Shown here: positions 57,875 through 64,000 of the stretch, one piece after another
How positions within the stretch are numbered: position 1 is the stretch's first letter
How the letters are laid out: each line of letters begins with the position of its first letter
IMG/VR virus record: IMGVR_UViG_3300017917_003612
Coordinates: 1 to 64,000 of that record
DNA length: 64,000 nt
Strand: one strand, 5' to 3'
Origin: a virus
Position numbers and translations under genes: made by a program
Notes under the pieces: model-generated
What the model saw: the letters and a program-made list of their open reading frames with translations, nothing else
The model's database searches: none
What the model was told of the DNA's origin: nothing

Positions 57875-58644
57875 TATTTTGGTTCACAATCTACCCATTT
57901 TAAATTATTGTAATGTTCGTATGGCCACTGTCCTTTTGGTATCAAACAAGTTCCTAACTCGGGACGGTTGGTTTTACGTATTTCTACCACACTCCACACC
58001 AGTGCAAGCAAATAAAGTATCGCCACTGTGGTCAAACTCCATGCGGTAATTCTTTTTTTTATGGCCTTGATACGTCTAGCGTTTCTTTCGGCAGCAATTT
58101 TATCTCGTTCTCGCTTGAGTCTAATAGCTACACTTTGCTCTTGTTGAATACGCTTCATCATGGCTTCAGTTCTTGTATACAAATCTCCCAGTTCTGGTGG
58201 ACACTGATAAACCATGATTTCACGCAATTCTGTTTGCATGGCTTCCAATCTGCTGAGCATGAGAACACGTTGTAGTGCTCGTTTACCTATGCTGTCTTTG
58301 CCGGTATAGACATCGAATGCGTGTTTTTCTTCTTCTTCAAATATGGCTTTACAATAGGCATAATTTTCAAAGTAAGTACCTAGTTCTTCACCTATTTGAG
58401 TAAAAATATCGTCAGGTTGCTTTTTGCTCAGTTCAATGATTCGATTTTTTTCTTCTATAAACTGATTTTTTTCAGCTACAGTAGGTTTTCGGTCTTTGAA
58501 CTTTTCACCAAATTGGGCATCAAGGTCCGCAATGATACCTTTGACGTCACCAGCTGCACTCTGTATTTCCTTGTATAGAGCACAACCTTTTTTGACAGCC
58601 TGTACAGCACCATTTGCGAGGGCAAAGAGAGTTAACGGATCCAT
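57874..58644 (-). CDS. Helical membrane-anchored hypothetical protein
   Basis: MDPLTL..A N-terminus, coiled coil, C-terminal TM. Confidence 0.65.
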   Translation of the reverse strand: MDPLTLFALANGAVQAVKKGCALYKEIQSAAGDVKGIIADLDAQFGEKFKDRKPTVAEKNQFIEEKNRIIELSKKQPDDIFTQIGEELGTYFENYAYCKAIFEEEEKHAFDVYTGKDSIGKRALQRVLMLSRLEAMQTELREIMVYQCPPELGDLYTRTEAMMKRIQQEQSVAIRLKRERDKIAAERNARRIKAIKKRITAWSLTTVAILYLLALVWSVVEIRKTNRPELGTCLIPKGQWPYEHYNNLKWVDCEPK

Positions 58645-58800
58645 AACAGCAATCCATGAAATGCCACCATTGTTTTATTGCAGATAAAGCCCCACACGGC
58701 TTTGGCTCCTTTTATTATTTTTATATTTGAAGAACCAAAAATAATTGACTTACAGATATTTACATAAAAGAATCAAAAAATCTCAACGGGATTTAATGAA

Positions 58801-58875
58801 TTACATTCTGTGTGGCGGGGTTACTGGTGTAGGCGACGGTGGATTTCTTGGGGGTTTGTGGGCAAACCAGCTCAT
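58801..58875 (-). CDS. Proline-rich 24-aa peptide MSWFAHKPPRNPPSPTPVTPPHRM
   Basis: AAGGAG 6 nt upstream of the ATG, in an otherwise empty intergenic gap. Confidence 0.55.
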   Translation of the reverse strand: MSWFAHKPPRNPPSPTPVTPPHRM

Positions 58876-58898
58876 AGCAATCTCCTTTTATCAGTCAC

Positions 58899-58920
58899 AA
58901 AAAAACCTGGAAAATCCAGG
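58899..58920 (-). terminator. Intrinsic terminator
   Basis: CCTGG-ATTTT-CCAGG plus U7. Confidence 0.7.
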
Positions 58921-59286
58921 TTATTTGTAAATTATTCTTATACCTAATCCTGTACTTTGTTTTAACGGACTTTCGTCGGGTATGTAAATTCGTTTACCTA
59001 CTCCTACCATGCAATATTCATCAGTGTTTAAGTCATGCACGAACCAGCTGGTAGTTTCAGTTTCAAAATTGGCATAAACTAGATTTACTGTTTGTTCATT
59101 TGGTGCTTGCGTTGCCATTACCAATTTTTCACCGTATTTTTCCATGGTAGCTTCTACATCTTCAAAACTGCCACACATGATCTGCATTTTTCTAGATCTG
59201 GGTTCGGCTATAGCTGCCGAGGCTAATGTGGCCAGTAAGATGGCAGCTAATATTATCTTCATATTGTATATATCATTTGTTAGCAA
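58921..59286 (-). CDS. Exported hypothetical protein
   Basis: Signal peptide, two Cys. Confidence 0.6.
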   Translation of the reverse strand: MLTNDIYNMKIILAAILLATLASAAIAEPRSRKMQIMCGSFEDVEATMEKYGEKLVMATQAPNEQTVNLVYANFETETTSWFVHDLNTDEYCMVGVGKRIYIPDESPLKQSTGLGIRIIYK

Positions 59287-59938
59287 GCGGATTATCTAGT
59301 GCTTTTTTGATTTTGTCATCCAATTCGCGGCGCAAATTCTTTATCTCTTGCTCGTTTTCTTTTTGCATTTGTCGAACTGCTGCGTCAACATTTTTTTGAA
59401 GTTCTTTTGTACTGTTATCAACTGCACGTTGCAGATCTTTGTTTTGTGTAGTTGTATCTTTTTCTAACTGTCTAGTGATTTTATCAACTTCTTGCTTGGT
59501 TTCTCGTACATCTTTACGTGCATCCTGAACTGCTTTGTCAGTTTCACGCTGAGCAACTTTGCTATCACGCTCTACACTTTCCACCACATTCTCTAATCTA
59601 CGGATATCACTTTTGAGATCATTTTTTATGTCCTGGCTGTACTCTACAGTTTTGTTAGTACTAGTTTCAAGCACTTCCAACTTCTTGTATATTTCACCTA
59701 GATCAGGTGTTACGTAGTTGGCAATTTTGTCCTTCATGTCCATGTAGTCTTTGTATACTTCAAATGCTCCATAAAGTCCGCCTAAAACAGTGCTGACCAC
59801 AGTGGCAGCTATCATTAGTTTAGCAGGAGTAAATGCATATCCTCCTATACTAATTACAGTGTTTTCGCTAAGGTACTTTTCTTTAGCCGCTTCAAGTTCT
59901 TCAACTTTTTCGTCAATATTTTTATTTTTGTTTGACAT
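59273..59938 (-). CDS. Membrane-anchored coiled-coil protein
   Basis: TM followed by heptads; ALDNPL end. Confidence 0.7.
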   Translation of the reverse strand: MSNKNKNIDEKVEELEAAKEKYLSENTVISIGGYAFTPAKLMIAATVVSTVLGGLYGAFEVYKDYMDMKDKIANYVTPDLGEIYKKLEVLETSTNKTVEYSQDIKNDLKSDIRRLENVVESVERDSKVAQRETDKAVQDARKDVRETKQEVDKITRQLEKDTTTQNKDLQRAVDNSTKELQKNVDAAVRQMQKENEQEIKNLRRELDDKIKKALDNPLANK

Positions 59939-59939
59939 T

Positions 59940-61391
59940 CTACTTTCCTAGATTATATTGTGAATCAATCATTTGCTGGTGAACATTATCACTGCCACCA
60001 AACAGTCTTCTTGCTGCCACGGTATCTATATTTTTCTGATTAGAGTATACTTCATATGGTTTATAGTATTGACCGTCAGGCAGTGCTTTATTATATGTAT
60101 CAAAACCTGGTGTAAACCCCATGGCTTGAATAACCACATTCTGAACTTCTATTTGTACGGCCATATCAGTAGCTTTACCCATGGTATTTGCCAAATCTTT
60201 ACCACGAGCCACTGCTTCTGCTTTTGCTTTTTCACGCTGTTTCTCTGCCAGGACTTCTCTTGTGGTTTTCGTTTTGGTACTAGCACCAGGTTCCTGTGTG
60301 CCAGTTTTCGCTTCAGTTTTTTTGTCTTGCGTTGCATCCGATGTTGCAGGATTTGATGCTACAGGTGACGTTAGTTTAACTGGCGCAGCAGGATTGGTTT
60401 GAGCGTTGGCTGTTGTTGCCGAAGTGGTAATTGTTTTGTTGACAATGGGATCAGAAACCATAGGCACAACTTGTGCAACAGGATCAGTTTGGGCCACAAC
60501 TATGGTTTCCGTTTCTTTTTTGCCAAATATATTTTTCTTGGCATATGCTTCTGTATAGTTTGGGCATTCTTTACTGTATAATCCATCAATTTGACATTGC
60601 TGATTAAAATATGCTTGCGTATAACCTGCGCAAGTAGTCGAATACAGTGGATTAAACGAACACTGCTGATTTAGATAGGCAACCGCATATCCAGGGCAGG
60701 CAGGCGAAAAGAGAGCATTCAATGAACATTGTTGAGTTTGATAGGCGGCCTGATATCCAGGACAACTAGGACTAGACAACGGATTAGATACACACGGATC
60801 AAATTCGTAGTTCATTGACAATGATGGATTTCTTACTTGGGGGCCGTAGTAACCAGCCCAAAATCTATCATCTTTTCCTGTAAAGCTTAAACTAAAACTG
60901 GCAATATTTACTCCCAATATGCTGTTAGCAAATGTTTCTGTACCAGTTACCGTTTCCCAATTAGCTCCAGTTTGCCCCAACGACCATGTTTTATTATGTA
61001 AAGACAATCCATTTGTACCTGCGAAATTTACTGCTGCTGATAATGTCCCTCTTGTAAATCCTTGATTTATATATTCCCATGCGTAATTATAACCAATGAT
61101 ATTTAAACCACTGTTTTGTAATGCTTGGCCTAATGCATAGGTATAAGCAACTGTACCTTGAGAATATCCAAACATAAATGTACCAGTAGTTGTGTTATAG
61201 CCAGGTACATTACCACCACTTGTTCCTCCTCCGGTTGATGGCGTTACAACAAAACCATTCCATATATAACTTTCGCCAGGCGGCGCGGGATTAACAGTTG
61301 TGTAAATCAAGTTTGTGGTGGTGTCGTAAGCATATGACAACCGAGATACTAATGCTACTAGGCAAGTTATAATCAACAGAAACTTTTTCAT
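59940..61391 (-). CDS. Exported protein with four 22-aa Cys repeats
   Basis: C..NPL.S..CPGY..AY..QQ x4; signal peptide. Confidence 0.7.
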   Translation of the reverse strand: MKKFLLIITCLVALVSRLSYAYDTTTNLIYTTVNPAPPGESYIWNGFVVTPSTGGGTSGGNVPGYNTTTGTFMFGYSQGTVAYTYALGQALQNSGLNIIGYNYAWEYINQGFTRGTLSAAVNFAGTNGLSLHNKTWSLGQTGANWETVTGTETFANSILGVNIASFSLSFTGKDDRFWAGYYGPQVRNPSLSMNYEFDPCVSNPLSSPSCPGYQAAYQTQQCSLNALFSPACPGYAVAYLNQQCSFNPLYSTTCAGYTQAYFNQQCQIDGLYSKECPNYTEAYAKKNIFGKKETETIVVAQTDPVAQVVPMVSDPIVNKTITTSATTANAQTNPAAPVKLTSPVASNPATSDATQDKKTEAKTGTQEPGASTKTKTTREVLAEKQREKAKAEAVARGKDLANTMGKATDMAVQIEVQNVVIQAMGFTPGFDTYNKALPDGQYYKPYEVYSNQKNIDTVAARRLFGGSDNVHQQMIDSQYNLGK

Positions 61392-61849
61392 TAGTCCTTA
61401 CTCTTGACTTTTTGCGGAACACGACCGGGGTTGGCTTGCCAAATTTCTCTTGCTTCTTCACCAATTTTACCGTCTACAGGGCAAGGTGTACCGGCATTCA
61501 TCATTGCAGTGAACACACGCTCGTCTTGACACAATGTGGCTACTGCTGCCACTTTCATGCCCATATCAAATAGGGTTTTAGATAGTTTTAGGCGTTCGCA
61601 GTTTTTATCTACAAAAGTAGATCCAATAGCAATACCTAAAATTTGTGTTTGTGCAGCACCACTAACACCCACTGCACATAAGTCACTGTTCATACTTGTG
61701 ATACCTGGTGCAACTGCGGTTGGTGGAGGGGATTTAATTGTTGTTGTAGATTCCGTTACACTTCTACTAGTAGAATCTGTAACAATGGGATCAGCAGCAT
61801 AAACAGTCGTAAAGCACAACAATGTTGCTACTGTCAGTAGCTTTTTCAT
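61391..61849 (-). CDS. Exported Cys-containing protein
   Basis: Signal peptide; DLC.VG.SGA.QT, D.NCERLK, GTPCP. Confidence 0.7.
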   Translation of the reverse strand: MKKLLTVATLLCFTTVYAADPIVTDSTSRSVTESTTTIKSPPPTAVAPGITSMNSDLCAVGVSGAAQTQILGIAIGSTFVDKNCERLKLSKTLFDMGMKVAAVATLCQDERVFTAMMNAGTPCPVDGKIGEEAREIWQANPGRVPQKVKSKD

Positions 61850-61944
61850 ATTCTCTCCCGGGCATCTTGGCCTCTTGTAAGAGCATAATTGAATTAGTGT
61901 AGTAGAAAATGGCTCTTATTTGTATTTAAGAGCAATTAAAAAAT

Positions 61945-62256
61945 TTAATCTGCTTGGTTAAATCGCCCGCAAACTATGTCATAAAATTCATCAAGTTCGC
62001 CGCCCCATTTACCTTTTAAGTATGGTCGTAAATCAAAACAAAGTTTAGCATTTTTATCTTTGTTTGCTTGTACAAATGTATCATGCAGTTTTTTCCAATG
62101 GTCTAGTTTTACAATTTCTTCTATTGGAATTTTGTCCCCAGGGACCACACAAAAAGTTTCTAGTAACTTGCCTTCAACATCAAATGTTTCTAATTCTAGC
62201 ACAGTGTATTTTTCACGAAGCTCTTCGGCTACTTGTCTTGAAAAAATAATATCCAT
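61945..62256 (-). CDS. Hypothetical phage protein
   Basis: YTVLELET...GKWGGELD.FY. Confidence 0.6.
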   Translation of the reverse strand: MDIIFSRQVAEELREKYTVLELETFDVEGKLLETFCVVPGDKIPIEEIVKLDHWKKLHDTFVQANKDKNAKLCFDLRPYLKGKWGGELDEFYDIVCGRFNQAD

Positions 62257-62813
62257 TATTTGTTTACACTTTCGTATGTTCTTTTTTTAATACCCACATC
62301 TTTATATATCTGTTGCACAGCCCGAGCTTGATAATAACAATCAATTAGTGCATTATGAGCACCGTGTCTTCCCTTTTCTCTAGGGTCACCATGTACACTA
62401 AACAGTGTACGACTATCCCTAATTTGCCAAAACTGCCACGGAGTTGGACGACCAACTTGTCTATATAAATCTTCAAGAATTACAATATCAAAAGCAGGGC
62501 CTTGGCACCAAATATTATCAGCACCAACCAGAAAACGATTTAGTTGGTCCAACATTTTGTTGATGCTGATTCGACCACTAGTACCCAAGGCTTCTTCTCT
62601 TACATCTTCAGGTTGAGTACCCCACCATGACACTGTCTCATCTTGCACATGCCGACCCATGCCCAATTGTTCATCTACATCAGGTTTTAGATATAGCCCT
62701 TGCCCTTGATCCACGTCTCCGTCCCAAGGACTGAATTTGACTGCTCCTAGAGTAAGAATTACACTCCAAGGTCTGGTGCTCAGTGTTTCAATGTCAAGCA
62801 TGACATCCATCAT
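62256..62813 (-). CDS. DEDDh 3'-5' exonuclease (DexA-like)
   Basis: MLDIET, G.AFD, RDSRT, HNAL.D. Confidence 0.88.
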   Translation of the reverse strand: MMDVMLDIETLSTRPWSVILTLGAVKFSPWDGDVDQGQGLYLKPDVDEQLGMGRHVQDETVSWWGTQPEDVREEALGTSGRISINKMLDQLNRFLVGADNIWCQGPAFDIVILEDLYRQVGRPTPWQFWQIRDSRTLFSVHGDPREKGRHGAHNALIDCYYQARAVQQIYKDVGIKKRTYESVNK

Positions 62814-63286
62814 TGACTCCTAAGTGCTTTGTCTGCCTCTGCTGCTGCTACTCTGCGACGAAGGCTACTCGAACTGAATGAATGATCTCTTTCATTGAAC
62901 ACCAATTCAATTTTTCTTGCATATCCTTCTTCCATACCAGTAAAATCTTTCTCTGCATACTCAATACCTAGTATACGCACATCAATGGGCAATGTCAAAA
63001 TAATGTCAATCAAATCTTGTTCAGTTTGGTACACAACCACTTCATCCACATAGCGACATGCTGCCAGTTGAATCTGCCTTTCCACAATACTTTGAACTGG
63101 TTGGTTCTTTGTATCCGGACGGTCAATTGTTGGATCCGTTTGAAGCCCGGCGATAAGATAATCACAGTGATTCTTAGCCTCTGCCAGCATCGCCACATGC
63201 CCTGCGTGAAATAGGTCAAAAGTGGAAAAGGTGATTCCAATCTTAAGTCCCTTGTCCTTAAGTTCTCGAATTTTATTAAATATCAT
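62810..63286 (-). CDS. Cytidylyltransferase (TagD-like)
   Basis: TFDLFHAGH, YLIAGL.TD, YVDEV, SSS. Confidence 0.88.
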   Translation of the reverse strand: MIFNKIRELKDKGLKIGITFSTFDLFHAGHVAMLAEAKNHCDYLIAGLQTDPTIDRPDTKNQPVQSIVERQIQLAACRYVDEVVVYQTEQDLIDIILTLPIDVRILGIEYAEKDFTGMEEGYARKIELVFNERDHSFSSSSLRRRVAAAEADKALRSQ

Positions 63287-63597
63287 TAGGTAGCTGGTTC
63301 TAGTTTTACATTTAGTGGAAAACCATTGTTGCGAGCCAACAATGTTGCTTCTACGCCTTTTTGCTCGGCAATTTCATAGGGTAGTGTGCTAACCACACTA
63401 CTTCCCTCTTCGTGGATTTTCATTGTTATTTGATAAGCAGTTTCTTCACTGTGATGAAAAATTGTTTTGAGTGTTTCAACAACAAACTCCATAGTAGTAA
63501 TATTATCATTTAAGTAGATAACATTAAACAAACTAGGTGGTTGTATATTTGTTTTAACCTGAATTTTAGGTTTTACTACAATGTCTGTTTTGCTCAT
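63286..63597 (-). CDS. clpS: Clp protease adaptor ClpS
   Basis: VIYLND..T.MEFVV..L, IH.EG, EIAEQK, FPL. Confidence 0.92.
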   Translation of the reverse strand: MSKTDIVVKPKIQVKTNIQPPSLFNVIYLNDNITTMEFVVETLKTIFHHSEETAYQITMKIHEEGSSVVSTLPYEIAEQKGVEATLLARNNGFPLNVKLEPAT

Positions 63598-63610
63598 AGT
63601 CTTGTAGATT

Positions 63611-63638
63611 AAAAAGTAGGGGGAGAAGACCCCCTACT
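63611..63638 (-). terminator. Intrinsic terminator after hsp20
   Basis: AGTAGGGGG...CCCCCTACT plus U-tract. Confidence 0.75.
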
Positions 63639-63659
63639 GTTATTATATTACTTATTACA

Positions 63660-64000
63660 TTATTTTGCAAATGTAATTGCTATCTTTTTGGGTTTTTGTT
63701 CCTCAGGAACAATATGTTCCAAACTGATTGCTAGAATACCATTTATTACTGTGGCACCTTTAACTTCTACATTATCGGCCAAAGTAAAATGACGAGTAAA
63801 GGTACGAGCACTAATACCTCGGTGCAGATATTCGTAATCCTCCTTTTGCTTTTGTTCTCCCTTGATTGTGAGGACGTTTTCTTTGTATTCGATGTCTAGT
63901 TCATCCTCAGTAAAACCAGCAACTGCAAGTTGGATAGCATAATGATTTTCGTCTATCTTTACTATGTTATGCGGCGGATAGTTATCTGCTTTGCTGTTTG
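63660..64000 (-). CDS. Small heat-shock protein Hsp20 (IbpA-like); 5' end outside the window
   Basis: NYPPHNI, LAVAGF, YLHRGIS.R.F.R.F.LA, NGIL, PEEQKPKKI; translated by hand. Confidence 0.92.
   Translation of the reverse strand, partial: NSKADNYPPHNIVKIDENHYAIQLAVAGFTEDELDIEYKENVLTIKGEQKQKEDYEYLHRGISARTFTRHFTLADNVEVKGATVINGILAISLEHIVPEEQKPKKIAITFAK

Noticed and set aside
57874-58644. HeLo/NLR-type N-terminal death domain (MDPLTL...)
   Set aside because: Resemblance is limited to a few N-terminal residues; no NTPase or amyloid partner.

Overview
A 64-kb segment of a large, T4-like/jumbo tailed phage. It is AT-rich and gene-dense, with most genes on the minus strand, sigma70-type early promoters and TAAATA late-type promoters. 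The host is probably a freshwater betaproteobacterium, inferred from the host-like pstS, oprO/P, ahpC/ahpD, pal and pqqA genes. Contents: auxiliary metabolic and stress genes (pqqA, ahpC/D, pstS plus phosphate porin with a Pho-box-like site, uvsE, clpS, hsp20); a shortened DnaE; DNA ligase; a putative type II restriction-modification pair; an early small-gene region built from repeated promoter-RBS cassettes; a tail fibre; an array of modular proteins sharing a T4-like capsid-targeting N-terminus; four radical SAM enzymes; and a sugar/amidino-modification cluster. Three things stand out. (1) At the left edge, a leaderless 39-codon leader peptide containing all 20 amino acids overlaps an antiterminator/terminator switch and may be a general translation or tRNA-stress attenuator. 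(2) A circularly permuted two-piece tmRNA carries a protein-coding gene in its intervening segment. (3) The MRAxEFxxE 'cargo' polyproteins contain kinase-like, amidoligase, ParB-like, papain-like, TraB/TIKI-like, zincin and HAD modules. All calls come from motif recognition by eye; no searches were run.
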